Shown: positions 26,249 to 39,366 of the stretch, one piece after another
Layout of the letters: every line of letters begins with the position of its first letter
Numbering within the stretch: position 1 is the stretch's first letter
From: Eledone cirrhosa
Taxonomy: Eukaryota
NCBI GenBank assembly: GCA_964016885.1
Contig: OZ024742.1
Location: 88,226,001-88,290,000, forward strand
Direction of reading: 5' to 3'
DNA: 64,000 nucleotides
Made by a program: the position numbers and the translations under genes
Notes under the pieces: model-generated
Database searches by the model: none
Told to the model about the DNA's origin: nothing
Seen by the model: only the letters and a program-made list of their open reading frames with translations

Positions 26249-27391
26249 TATACATATGCATACAGGTACACATACATATATGCACGTATCAGTTTAGCGG
26301 CGCTTATTATAACGTCGCTTTGTTCGTTTGTAAACAAACTGAACAGCCTGAATTTATGCCATACGGTGTTAAGGCAACCACGTCACCTTTTTGTTCAACA
26401 CTGACACAGGAACGATGTACTAGTTTCAAGCTTGTTAGCTATCATCAGCACCGTTTACCCATCTGCCAGATAGTTAAACGTTCGAAAGTATATACTTTCC
26501 TTATGAAAATTAACGGCTGAGCAGCCTAATTTGCATATTGAGTGAGTTAAATCGGTCAGGCATACTGAAAACGATAAATTGAAACAAAATGAAAACGAAA
26601 TTTCATTTCTCACTCTTAGTATGGCACTTACTTAAATGTAAGTATGCATGTATACGTACATACATATATGTATACAGACGTACAGTAGCATGCACATATA
26701 TATATATATATATATACACATATATATACATATGCATACAGGTACACATATATGCACGTATCAGTTTAGCGGCGCTTATTATAACGTCGCTTTGTTCGTT
26801 TGTAAACAAACTGAGTAGCCTGAATTTATGCCATACGGTGTTAAGGCAACCACGTCACCTTTTTGTTCAACACTGACACAGGAACGATGTACTAGTTTCA
26901 AGCTTGTTAGCTATCATCAGCACCGTTTACCCATCTGCCAGATAGTTGAACGTTAGAAAGTATATACTTTCCTTAAACTAGTACATCGTTCCTGTGTCAG
27001 TGTTGAACAAAACGTGACGTGGTTGCCTTAACACCGTATGGCATAAATTCAGGCTGTTCAGTTTGTTTACAAACGAACAAAGCGACGTTATAATAAGCGC
27101 CGCTAAACTCATACGTGCATATATGTATGTGTACCTGTATACATATGTATATATATATATATGTGAATGCTACTGTACGTCTGTATACATATATGTATGT
27201 ACGTATACATGCATACTTACATTTAAGTAAGTGCCATACTAAGAGTGAGAAATGAAATTTCGTTTTCATTTTGTTTCAATTTATCGTTTTCGGTATGCCT
27301 GACCGATTTAACTCACTCAATATGCAAATTAGGCTGCTCAGCCGTTAATTTTCATAAGGAAAGTATATACTTTCGAACGTTCAACTATCTG
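25594..27391. mobile_element. HHR tandem array C (about 470-510 bp unit), fold-back junction at 26975
   Basis: Units start at about 25594, 26066 and 26576. Inverted arm 26975-27391. Unit length varies through an internal (TA)n. Confidence 0.9.
26411..26455 (-). ncRNA. Hammerhead ribozyme family C (also 26883-26927; the 25901-25945 copy has C3G)
   Basis: AACGGTG-CTGATGA-tAGCTaacaAGCTt-GAA-ACTAGT-A-CATCGTT. Confidence 0.82.
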
Positions 27392-30300
27392 TGATTAGTT
27401 ATGACAAAACTCGATATATATATATACCTTATGTTGAAACATGAAAAAGTACATATAATACAGAGGGTGCCTATGAGAATGTGTATAAAGATATATAAAT
27501 GACTAATAATATATAATACATAAACTTATATAAAGTGTTAAACATTTAAATAATAGTAATATATTCATACCTCATTATTGTAGATAGTGGAAGTGAGAGA
27601 TTGAGATAGCAAATCACGAGGAAAGAGAGAAAAAGATGGAGATTTGATCGTAGGAACAAGAGAAGGGAGAAATGATCAAATGATAGAGAGAGGAAAATAA
27701 GTTAAATCGTATAAACGAAGGGAGGAAGATATGCATTGTAACATATACATAGCGTATAATTAGATGGGGGGGGGGGGGGATATTTAGGCACATGATGCGT
27801 GACCGTTTATTTTCAAATCTTAAGTTAATTAGAAATAGTAAATTAATCAAATAACATAACCTTTTAGACTATAACATTTTAAAGGATTTACATCAGAGTT
27901 CAAGCAAATGTTACGTGAAAGAGATAAATTTATGTTTATCATAACTCCAAAGGTATTCACAAGTATATTTAAAAGTATATTAAAATTAAAATATAAGCAA
28001 TATATTAGTAAAAAACATTAAAATTAAGATGTTATTAATAAGTCATAAAGCATTATAAATGTATTTAATAAGATATTTTAAAATCAGATTTATCTAGATA
28101 TACTCATTTGTATAATTTATATATAGACTATAAATTTTAAGGTTTAGGATGATATTAGTCACTTATATATAGTCTAATTACTATTAAGAGTGTTATAAAT
28201 TTGATTCAACTAGGTTTTACTGTATTTTAAATGTTACATCAATTTAAGTACACAATAATAGAATTCTTTAAATATTATGACTTCAAATTAGAAGCTGAAA
28301 GTAGCACTAAAGTAGTTAACTTCCTTGATGTCACCCTTAATTTAAATTCAGGACTATATTACCCCTTCCATAAGCCCAATGACAACCTAAATTATGTTAA
28401 CTCTTACTCAAATCACCCTAAATCCGTGGAAAATGCAATAGTCAATAGTTTTCAAAAACGCTTAACTAGATTATCCGCTAACAAATCCATTTTTGATGAA
28501 AAAGCTGGATATTATAATGAGGCATTACATAAGGCAGGATATCAAAATAATATTGAATATCTAGATAATACTAATTCGAATTATAAATTAGGTAAAAATA
28601 CGAATAACATAAATAAAGCGAACTCTAAAAATTATTTAAATATAATAAAAATAATAATGTCGTGAATAAATCTCGGAAAAAAATCAAAACGAAAGCAGTG
28701 ATTTGGTATGCACCTCCCGCGTCTTTAGCTATCAAAACACCCCTGGCAAATTTATTCTTTAAGGCTTTAGATAAATGCTTTCCCAGTACACAAAAATACC
28801 ATTCTATATTCAATAGACACACAATTAAGCTATCTTACTCTACAACTATGAATATGGCTCAGAACATTGCAAAAATAAATAGTAGAATACTTGTAGAGCT
28901 TTTATTATTTAACTATTATTATTGGCAGTATCGGTAGAGGGTCGGACGCCATGCTTTCCAGCATAGTTACGTCCCTTTACGATCTGAGTTCAAATCCCGC
29001 CGAGGTTGACTTTGGCCTTTCATCCTTACGGGGTCGATAAAATAAAGTACCAGTAATGCACTGGTTAATTGCTGGCCTTGTGCCTAAAGTAGAAACAATT
29101 ATTTAACTATTATTAATATTACTTTATGGGTTTCTACCTTAACATTGAAAGTGTTAACCTGATGTCTTGTTGAGTACGTATGACCTTTAGATTGTTTAAA
29201 TACATTCAATTTTGCTTTTTTGTATTTCTAAATCTTATATCTTATATATTTGATACCTTTTAATGTATTCAGATTTGTCAATTGTTTAATTACTTCGAAT
29301 GGTTGTTTACGATTCACGAGGATATGATTATACATTTATAGTATAAAAGTCTCCTTAGATCGTAGTTGATACATGTTGTTTGTACATAAACTAATGTAAA
29401 ATGTTAAATACAATAAAATCTAGTTGAATCAAATTTATAACAAGCTTAACAGTGATTATACTATATATAAGTGACTAATATCATCTTAAACCTTAACATT
29501 TATAGTCTATATATAAATTATACAAATGTGTATATCTAGATAAATCTGGTTTAATAATATCTTATTAAATACATTTATAATGCTTTATGACTTATTAATA
29601 ACATCTTAATTTTAATATTCTTTGACTAATATATTGATTATAATTTTATTTTAATATACTTTTAAATATACTTGTGATTACCTTTGGAGTAATGATAAAC
29701 AAAAAGTTATCTCTTTCACGTTACATTTGCTTGAACTCTGATATAATACAATAATATAAATCCTTTAAAATGATATAGTCTAAAATGTTATGTCATTTGA
29801 TTAATTTACTATTTCTAATTAACTTAAGGTTTGAAAATAAACGGTCACGCATCATGTGCCTAAATATTCTTTCCCCCCTATCTAATTATACGCTATGTAT
29901 ATGTTACAATGCATACCTTCCTCCCTTCGTTTATACGATTTAACTTGTTTTCCTCTCTCTATCATTTGATCATTTCTACCTTCTCTTGTTCCTACGATCA
30001 AGTCTCCTTTTTGTTCTCTCTTTCCTCGTGATTTGCTATCTCAATCTCTCACTTCCACTATCTACAATAATGAGGTATGAATATATTACTATTATTTAAA
30101 TGTTTAACAGTTATATAAGTTTATATATTATATATTATTAGTCATTTATATATCTTTATACACATTTCCATACGCACCCTCTGTATTATATGTAATTTTT
30201 CATGTTTCAACTTAAGGGAAATAAATATCGAGTGGTGTCATAACTAATCACTGCGATGACTAAATTATAACCATCAACATAGTCAAGGTATGTCAGGCAT

Positions 30301-30415
30301 CAATTTATTTTATCCGATGAGGACGTACTATTGAAATAGCTCAGTACCTCAAATATGTATAATAAAATATATTTGATCACATGAATGTCTATATTTATTA
30401 ATATTTTGAAGTAAT
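27391..30415 (+). mobile_element. Penelope-like fragment (RT thumb 28231-28900) with about 820-bp inverted 3' UTR arm
   Basis: VNFLDVTLNL..YPFHKP..YVN..SNHP. 27391-28213 is the inverted complement of about 29420-30251. Degenerate HHR at about 30307-30368. Confidence 0.8.
28921..29103 (+). mobile_element. tRNA/Nin-domain SINE
   Basis: Full-length match to the other SINE copies. Confidence 0.88.
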
Positions 30416-30468
30416 ATATATATATATATATATATATATGAATGTCTATATTTATTAATACTTTGAAG

Positions 30469-30503
<35 letters not shown>

Positions 30504-30599
30504 TATATATATGTAGAAGTTCTATTTAAATTGTTGGGATACAACAGGCAAATATTTTTATAACTGATATAAAGCAGTCAACAAATTGTTGTAGTAAAA

Positions 30600-30795
30600 A
30601 TAATTGTTTCTACTTTTGGCACAAGGCCATCAATTATCCAGTACATTACTGGTACTTTATTTTATCGACCCCGTAAGGATGAAAGGTAAAGTTAACCACG
30701 GCGGGATTTGAACTCAGACCGCAAAGGGACGTAACTATGCTGGAAAGCATGGTGTCCGACCCTCTACCGATACTGCTAATCCACTGCCCCTATTG
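30600..30795 (-). mobile_element. tRNA/Nin-domain SINE
   Basis: Reverse-complement match to the other copies. Confidence 0.88.
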
Positions 30796-30829
30796 TAGTA
30801 AAAACAATAATTGTAAATAATATCGAAAA

Positions 30830-32972
30830 TAATAACTGTGATTTAAATAGAAAAAGAAAAGTAATTATACCATTTTTTAATTACCTTTATCTAAAAGTAT
30901 AAATAGAAAATAAGCATAAAATAGTTAATTTTCTAGATGTAACCTTAACCCGTAACACATGTCTTCATTATCCATTTCACAAACTAAACGAGAACTTAAA
31001 CTACGTTAATTTTAACTCTAATCACCCCAGATCCGTTAAAAATTCTATAATGAATTCTGTACAGCAACGCATTTCTAGAATTTCAGCTAATAGGAATATA
31101 TTTGATGATAAAGCACATTATTACAACGAAGCATTAGGTCGAGCTGGATATAGAAATAAAATTAAATACATTGATATTAATAATATAACAACTAACCATA
31201 ATCTTAACAATTTTAACAACTATAATAGAAAACCTTACAATAATTCGGAAAACAAAAAAGAAATAGAACTAGGAATATATTATGGTTCGCTCCTCCTTTC
31301 TCATTAAATATTAAAACTCCTATTGCTAAACTATTCTTTAAAGCTTCCCTAGAACACATAGATATTACTCAATATTTAATAGACATACTATAAAATTAAC
31401 TTATTCATCCACCAAAAATTTAGCGCAGAATATTAATAGAATTAATAATGGAAAATTAAAATCTAACCAAAATACCACTAATAACCCCAGCAATATCCAA
31501 TTTAGTAATACAGCTCAATTTAATAATACAGCTACTACTGACTTAAATTTTGATAAATGTAACTGTAGAAATAAATCTAACTGTCCGTTAAATAACAATT
31601 GTTTAGCTCAAAATATACTATATAAATGAAATGTAAAAACTAATTTGAATTCATTTAATTATGTAGGATTTACTTCCACAGATTTTAAATCTCGTTTTAA
31701 TAATCATAAATGCTCTTTTACGCATTTAAACAAAAAATCTTCAACTTCTCTATCTAGCTTATTATGGGACCTTAAATTAAAGAACGTTAAATATTCGTTA
31801 CTTTGGAATGTTATTTCAAAAGCTACTCCATTTAACTCCTCTTCCGAAAATTGCCATATTTGTATAGAAGAAATATTCTTTATATTAAAAAGCAAACATT
31901 CCATGAACGTAAGAAGCAATATTTTCAGTTGCTTCAAACATAGATTGAATTCAACGTTTAAATATAAATTTAAAATATAATATATAACTCATACTATTAA
32001 ATATATTGAACCTATCGATAAATCATTAGATTCATTCATTTGACTGCTTAAAACTCTCGTTACATAAAAAAAAATTTCCTAGAATATTTTCTAGATAAAC
32101 ATACTGAAAGCTCTTAAAAGGGGAACATATTTTCTTTGAAAGTTTCTCCTATTTTTGAAAGTTTCTCTTTTTGAAAGTTTCTCTTTCTTTTTCTTTGAAA
32201 ATTTCTCATATGGTTATAACAATTAAGTTAAACATACTGAGAGATAAATATTATATATAAAAAATTTAAATTCATTTTTATACTGAATTTTTAGACATAT
32301 TCTTATTTTAAAATTATATCTTAAAATATATATTAATATTTAAAAAAAAAAAATATTGCTTTAAAGTTATATTGCTTGAAATTGTATGAATATATTTCCA
32401 AATCGTAATTCCTTTTAAAACTATAATTCATTTTTATTTTTATTTTATTTCATATATTATGTATTTTAATTATATTATGTACTTTATTTTATCTCTCTCT
32501 CTATATATATATATATATGTATGATGCATGTCTACCGGTATGTGTATATATATATGTGTGTGTATCTATGTAGGGGTTGTGTATATGTATATATACATAA
32601 AATTCGAATGCACTCTGTTATAAAGGATTTCTTACGGTTTATGCTAAACAAACTTATATAATAACAGTCACGTCTACATAACAGGTGAATTTATTAGATA
32701 TAACATTTATAAAAGTTATAAAATTATAATTTACTATTGAATAATATAAGGTTTGTATAATCTTAAATTTCCTTTATTATCTTAACATTTATAACATTTA
32801 ATATAAGTAAATAACTTAATTTCCTTCACGCTGATTTGCTATTACATACAAATGATTTTTCTCCGATTTTTTCTCCGATTTCTCCGAAAAATCTATAAGT
32901 TTCGAAAACTTCCTATATCTTAAACATAAAAAATCTGTTATTGTATGTATAGATATGTATGTGTATGTATAT

Positions 32973-33006
<34 letters not shown>

Positions 33007-33722
33007 GTGCGTATGTATATATATGAATATATTCTTTTAATAATATATAGATTTTTTTAATAATATATAGTTTTAATAATATATAGATTTTAAAAATATA
33101 TAGATCTCAATTTTAATGTATAGATCTCAATAATTTAATTGATAATTTAATTGATAAACTAAACATTTAATCATATATAAACACTGGATAAAATTCTCCA
33201 GTTATTATTATTTATATATTTTCTAATCACGCTTATTTACTCTTCCTAACTCATCCATTAAATATTTATTTGTTCACTTCATCTTAGAAGTTACGCTAAT
33301 ACTACTACCTATCACTTAGGGCTTTCTCTTTCTCTTTCTCTGTCTTCTTCTCTTTCTCTTTCTCTTTCTCTTGTTTTCTTATTTTCCTCTTAGGGTTTGC
33401 TCTTTTTCTCTTTTTTTCTCTTTTTCTCTTTTCTCCCTTTTCTTTTCTTTCCCTTTTTTTCCATACTTCAACGGCTTATTTTAAATCTACTGTGATTTAA
33501 ACAAATCCGACACTAATTTGCATAATAGACTAAATAAATTTAATAACCCCACTATCAGGTAGCTTCCAACAGAAATGGTCACATTCTTTAAGGGTATGTC
33601 AATATGTATTTATAAAACTAATCTATATTATATTTTACCTGATGAAAGCACACCATAATTTAACTTGGTGTCCTTGAAATATATATAATGAAATAAATAT
33701 GGTTTTATAAATATAGTTTCCA
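30830..33722 (+). mobile_element. Penelope-like element 3' part (RT thumb + GIY-YIG 30900-31980, long 3' UTR)
   Basis: VNFLDVTL, SNHP, CNC..CPLNNNC, NYVGFT..FKSRF.NH. HHR near the 3' end. Confidence 0.82.
33631..33694 (+). ncRNA. Hammerhead ribozyme (one stem I mismatch) at PLE 3' end
   Basis: TATTTTAC-CTGATGA-AAGCACACCA..TGGTGTCCTT-GAA-ATATATAT-A-ATGAAATA. Confidence 0.65.
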
Positions 33723-33881
33723 TTTGTTAATATATCGTATATATATATATATATATTTTGTTGTCCCTATTATTAATAGAGCAACAACGGTTAAGGTTGG
33801 CACCACACAAATTCAGGGATATATGTGGGTATATGCACGTATATGTATGTATTCACATGTGTCTCTGTATTTCTTTGTATT

Positions 33882-33924
<43 letters not shown>

Positions 33925-33926
<2 letters not shown>

Positions 33927-35683
33927 AATCACATGAATCAATGTTCTGTTCAAACCACTTGTTAGCTTACAATTGTTTCGTCCAAACCGAGGTTTGGTGT
34001 CTTCGGAGCATTGTTTCAATGATTGTTTACATACATGACCTCCTTTCCAACACAAGAGACATCCAGAAACATATGTATATATCGATGCACAGTGGGGTGA
34101 CATCCATTATAATATTTTAGCATGGCAATTTACATTCAAAAATTAAAATCATATTAAAAGAAAATTAAAACAATTAAAGTTAAAATACAACATCGGAAGT
34201 TTACGAAGATAATGCAAGAGGATAGTTTAAAGTAGTTAGTGTATGCTATAGTTACATGTGGGGCATGCACGTGTGTCTTATTTATATAAGATTAATGTAC
34301 GGCAAGGTGTTATATGCAAAAGAAGCATTCTAAGCGGGTAATCAAGAGTAGTATGGGGGTTGTATTGGTAAAGTATTTTTTATGTATGATAAAGAAACTT
34401 GTGTGCAGAGAAATATTAAAAATGAGAAGCAAAATAATGTTATAGTTTTTGAATACATCACCATTTTCACAATCCAGGAACGTAATATATAAATTATATG
34501 TCCTTCACATAATTCACGATGATTCAGTATTGGAAGCGGGATGTATTAGGTTAGATTATTACAGCATGTTGTTCTTTAATCCAATTTTATAGAGCAGGTT
34601 GTTTTTGTTGCGAGAATTTACATCGTTTTATTTTCCGGAAGTATGTGTGTGATTAAGGGGAGTTAATGCGTGAGGGGAAGTAACTAGCTGATTTCTATAA
34701 CTAAATTTATTATTCCAATGTACATTAAACGGTGTCCCAATGGAGTCCCTTACATATATGGTTATAAACAGTTTCTAAATTTAAGTATCCTATCTTTAAA
34801 TTACAGTCTACTCTATCAAAAAGTAAATTCTCGCAACAAAAACAACCTGCTCTATAAAACTGGATTAAAGAACAACATGCTGTAATAATCTAACCTAATA
34901 CATCAAGCTTCCAATACTGAATCATCGTTAATTATGTGAAGGACATATAATCTATATATTACGTTTCCTGGATTGTGAAAGTGGTGGTGTATACAAAAAC
35001 TATAACATTATTTTGCTTCTCATTTTTAATATTTCTCTGCACAAAAGTTTCTTTATCATACATAAAAAATACTTTACCAATACAACCCCCATAATACTCT
35101 TGATTACCCGCTTAAAGTGCTTGTATTGCATATAACACCTTGCCGCACATTAATCTTATATAAATAAGACACACATGCATGCCTCACGTGTAACTATTGC
35201 ATACACTAACTACTTCAAACTATCCTCTTGCATTATCTTCGTAAACTTCCGATGTTGTATTTTAACTTTAATTTTGTTTTAATTTTCTTTTAATATGATT
35301 AAAATTTTTGAATGTAAATTGCCATGCTAAAATATTATAATGGATGTCACCCCACTGTGCATCGATATATACATATGTTTCTGGATGTCTCTTGTGATGG
35401 AAAGGAGGTCATGTATGTAAACAATCATTGAAAAATTGCTCCGAAGACGCCAAACCTCGGTTTGGACGAAACAATTGTAAGCTAATAAATGGTTTGAACA
35501 AAACTTTGATTCATGTGATTTCTATATAACTGGTCAGTAGAACAACTGATGTTATTACATTGAGCTATTTATCTTACTGGTAATAAGGTAGTAATAAATT
35601 ACTGTCTTTCACTGTTTTGGGTTTAAAATATATATAACTATAAAAGGTTTTAGTATATACTTAACCATAAATAGTATCCTTAA

Positions 35684-35687
<4 letters not shown>
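33925..35687. mobile_element. Non-coding fold-back PLE-type remnant with about 700-bp inverted arms
   Basis: 33925-34621 is the inverted complement of 34823-35521. One HHR in each arm. (TA)n flanks. Confidence 0.8.
35438..35482 (+). ncRNA. Hammerhead ribozyme, U4C core variant (also - 33965-34009)
   Basis: GCT-CCGAAGA-cgCCAAACCtcGGTTTGGac-GAA-ACAATTGT-A-AGC. Confidence 0.62.
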
Positions 35688-35722
<35 letters not shown>

Positions 35723-35726
<4 letters not shown>

Positions 35727-38400
35727 GGTTTGAGGTTCACCACTGTATAGAGCTGGTCTATTCCGTATGGTCAATCGTAATGCATTAATATAGAGAGTAC
35801 TCAACGTAAGGCAGTTCAACCGTCATTGTTTTTGTAGTTGGTGGTGCTATTACGGAGTTAAATATTATAATGAAATGACAGGAGGCTGGAATTGTGTAAA
35901 TCCTTGAAAGGTTTATTATACTATGATCATTTCAATGACCGGGTTCCGTATGAATCCGGTGATAATATCAGGTATTCGAAATATAATACGCGAATGTAAT
36001 AGATAAAATCCATGGGGCTGGAAATCGAGGACCCGAGGGCGACCGCTATTCTGTTCCTTCAACCTCAGCCGGTCGCCCTGGAGTGACGTAGCTAAAGTTT
36101 ATAGTATGCTACTACCGGTCAGATGAACGAAAACAGAAAGGGATGGGAACATAAGTTAACATCAATCTCATGACACAAGGTAAAAGAAAGAAAGAAAGAA
36201 AGGAGAGAGAAGAAGGGGGAAGAAAGAAGAGAAGCCAGGGTTAATGTCAGCTAAAAGAAGAAAGGCAGCTACTACAGGTCAGATATAGGCAAGCAAGAGG
36301 AGGAAGGAAGATAAGTCTGCGGGAGGAAGACAAGAAGAGGGGAGAAGAGAAGGAAGAGAAGAGAGAAGTAGAAAAGTAAGGGTTGATGGCTACAAGAAGG
36401 AAGATAGAAAGAAAGATGAAGAAAGGTCGATATTAATGTCAGAACACAGTCAGGCCAGGAGTGGCGCGAGAAAATGTTCACAGGGACCCGCATCTTAGCA
36501 GAGGTGAATATATTGGGAGTCAGTGTGTTACAGTGATTAGACTTCTAGGATGAAGTTAAAAATTAAAAATTCTATATTTAATATTAAAGAGGTTAGAAAA
36601 TTTAAAGTTCAACAGTTTAACATTCTTTTATATAATAGTTCCGATTTGTTCTGTTTTTAAAGGTACTATGTGGCAGTTAAAACACCGGCCGCGCCCCGGG
36701 CCCCATGACGAATTAAGCTACGCCGAGTAATTTCATTTACCGAAAGAAGGGGAAATTTATTTATCCAAGCACTCCAGGTGAGCTCGTTCGCCAGGGAGCT
36801 GGTCGCGCCGCCATTAAAACCCACCTAACAGTCCGACAGGTAGTTGGAACTTTAAAATTTAGCTTAGAGAAGTAAAAAAGAAATTGTTGATGGCTACAAG
36901 AAGGAAGATAGAAAGAGAGAGGACCCGCATCTTAGCAGAGGTGAATATATTGGGAGTCAGTGTGTTACAATGTCTATACCCATAGGATGAAGTTAAAAAA
37001 TTAATAATCAATATTGAATATTAAAGAGGTTAGAAAATTTAAAGTTCAACAGTTTAACATTTTCAGGTTGATATATCTAATAGTTCCGATTTGTTCTGTA
37101 ATGTAAAGGTACTATGTGGCTGTCACAAGACCGGCCGCGCCCCGGGCCCCATGGCGAATTAAGCTACGCCGAGTATTTTAATTTACCGAAAGAAGGGGAA
37201 ATTTATTTTTGAAAGCATTCTAGGTGAGCTCATTCGCCAGGGAGCTGGTCGCGCCGCCGCTAAAACCCACCCAACAGTCCGACAGAAAGTTGGAACTTTA
37301 GAATTTTGCTTAACTCCATCGGATGAAGTTGAAAGAATTCAGAATAACATTATAAAACTAAGGAGTAAGAAGATTGAGAATTGATCAAACAGAATATTGA
37401 AGATTAAACATTCAAATAACTTCTATGAGGTTTGGGGTTGCGGGGTTTAATTAAATAGAGTCTTTTATGAAGAAACGCTAATTGTATTATGTAGATCTGT
37501 AATTTATCCTAGTGGGATGTAGAGTACGGGATATAGTCGTGTAATGTTTAATTTTTGTTCTCAGGAGGAGACATTCTAGTGTTGTGTGCTAATAGGTACA
37601 GGTCCCAATGTGAGGAGTAGAAATACATGGATACATAGAAGTGGAATACGTGGAAGAGCACATTGGTACAGCAGAGGTATAAATATATAAACATATCAAT
37701 ATATAGGTATAAACATGTAAATAAACCAACAAGAGTGGTGTTGGAGTAAGATGGAGAAATCAGGACATAGGAGAATTACGATATAGTTCAGGTTGCAGTA
37801 TTTATGTTCCCGGGAGGGGGGTGGAGGCAATCCTGTGTCGTGTGCTAAGGGTGCACGCGAGTAAAAGTCCGAATAGGGGAAGTAAAAAGTACATGGCAAA
37901 CAAAGATGTGAAGATATAGATAAACAAACAATAGTCGTTGTCTAGTAAATGTAGAGTTCAAGACACAGGAGAAATACAATATAGTTCAGGTTGCGGTATG
38001 TATGTTCCCAGGGGGAGATATTCCAGTGTCGTGTGCTAAGGGTACATGTTGAAGTTTTGTCAGATATTATCTGTTTCGATTGGTATTGTAATATTGTCAA
38101 TTAAGTAAAAGGTTTCTTTTCCTATTCTGTTGGCAGTGAAATGTGAATATATCAGAATATTCTCTTTATAAATATATATTTTTTCTAAAGGTGGAGTGGT
38201 CATTATGGAGGTGGTGTCCAACAGATAGTTTTACTAGAATATTTGCTTGATTTAAATCGATATTTTAAACAAGCATTTTAAATATTTGATAAGATGGATA
38301 TACCAAGAGAAAGTGGTTGTATGTAAGAAATATAAAAAAAATATATCTATTCTGCCGGATTAAACAAATATAATCATTAAATATACCAATGTCCTTTTTT
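35723..38400 (-). mobile_element. Unclassified, probably PLE-derived non-coding element with internal 440-500 bp direct repeat
   Basis: Direct repeat 36382-36860 / 36886-37310. Degenerate HHR at 35918-35975 (GAA-ATGATCAT-A). Right boundary uncertain. Confidence 0.45.
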
Positions 38401-38639
38401 AAGTTTCCCTACATAAGTGCGTGTGGGTGGGTGTATGTGTTTGTGCGTTTGTAAGTATATTCATATAAAATATATATGTAATAAAATGCAGTATAATGAA
38501 ATGTAAAATAAATTGTAATGTGAACTATACATTGTGATATATGTGATATATCTAATATATTTCATATTAGATACATATGTATGCGCGTATCAGCCTCTGA
38601 ATTGTATCATCTATTTCAAGATATAAGATGCTATGTCAC

Positions 38640-38822
38640 TTGGCAGTATCGGTAGAGGGTTGGACGCCATGCTTTGACGCATAGAGTTACGGCCCTTGCC
38701 ATTCTGAGTTCAAATCCCGCCGAATTTAACTTTGCCTTTCATCCTTACGGGGTTGATAAAATAAAGTACCAGTAATGTACTGGATAATTTCTGGCCTTGT
38801 GCCAATAGTAGAATCAATTATA
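38640..38822 (+). mobile_element. tRNA/Nin-domain SINE
   Basis: Match to the other copies. Confidence 0.87.
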
Positions 38823-39366
38823 CACATGCGTTTCTACTTCCCAGAAATTATTACACTGGTAGAAAATATCCGTTTTCGTTCCGAAATAACGCCGGATCTC
38901 AAATATATTTTGCAAAATATACATTAATTATAATTTGGTTTTATTTTAGTATTCCTATTCCCACATATCTTAATGCAAATCATTTCCAGTTGCAAATTAG
39001 CTTAGCATGTATTGGTTTGAATGTTTTACAGCTATAACAATTTTTCTGGTTTGTTTTCGGAAATCCCTGTTAATATACATTTTTAGTTCATATTCTGGAT
39101 TCATACAATATTTATATTTTCCCATCTATATTGATTTACGAGACGTGCATTAACATTCTGATTTTTCTCGTTGTTTTTTTGCTTTTTTTTTCATCTTAAA
39201 ATTGAATACATTTTCTTTTGGAAGGGACGTTTAAGTTTTGCTTGTTTGAAAGACGACATGCAGGTATTACAAATGGTGTGTTTATATGTAATTATCCGTT
39301 TTGCTAAATCACTAACTTTCTGTAGCAAACAAAAGAAAATAATATGTATGTGTGCATATATATATA

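Noticed and set aside
28921-29103. tRNA gene
   Set aside because: Only a B-box-like SINE head, with no cloverleaf. Multi-copy with a Nin-type body.
36770-36830. HDV-like ribozyme on the minus strand
   Set aside because: Superficial CCAG-CTCC-CTGG-CGAA similarity, but P1, P2 and P4 could not be built.
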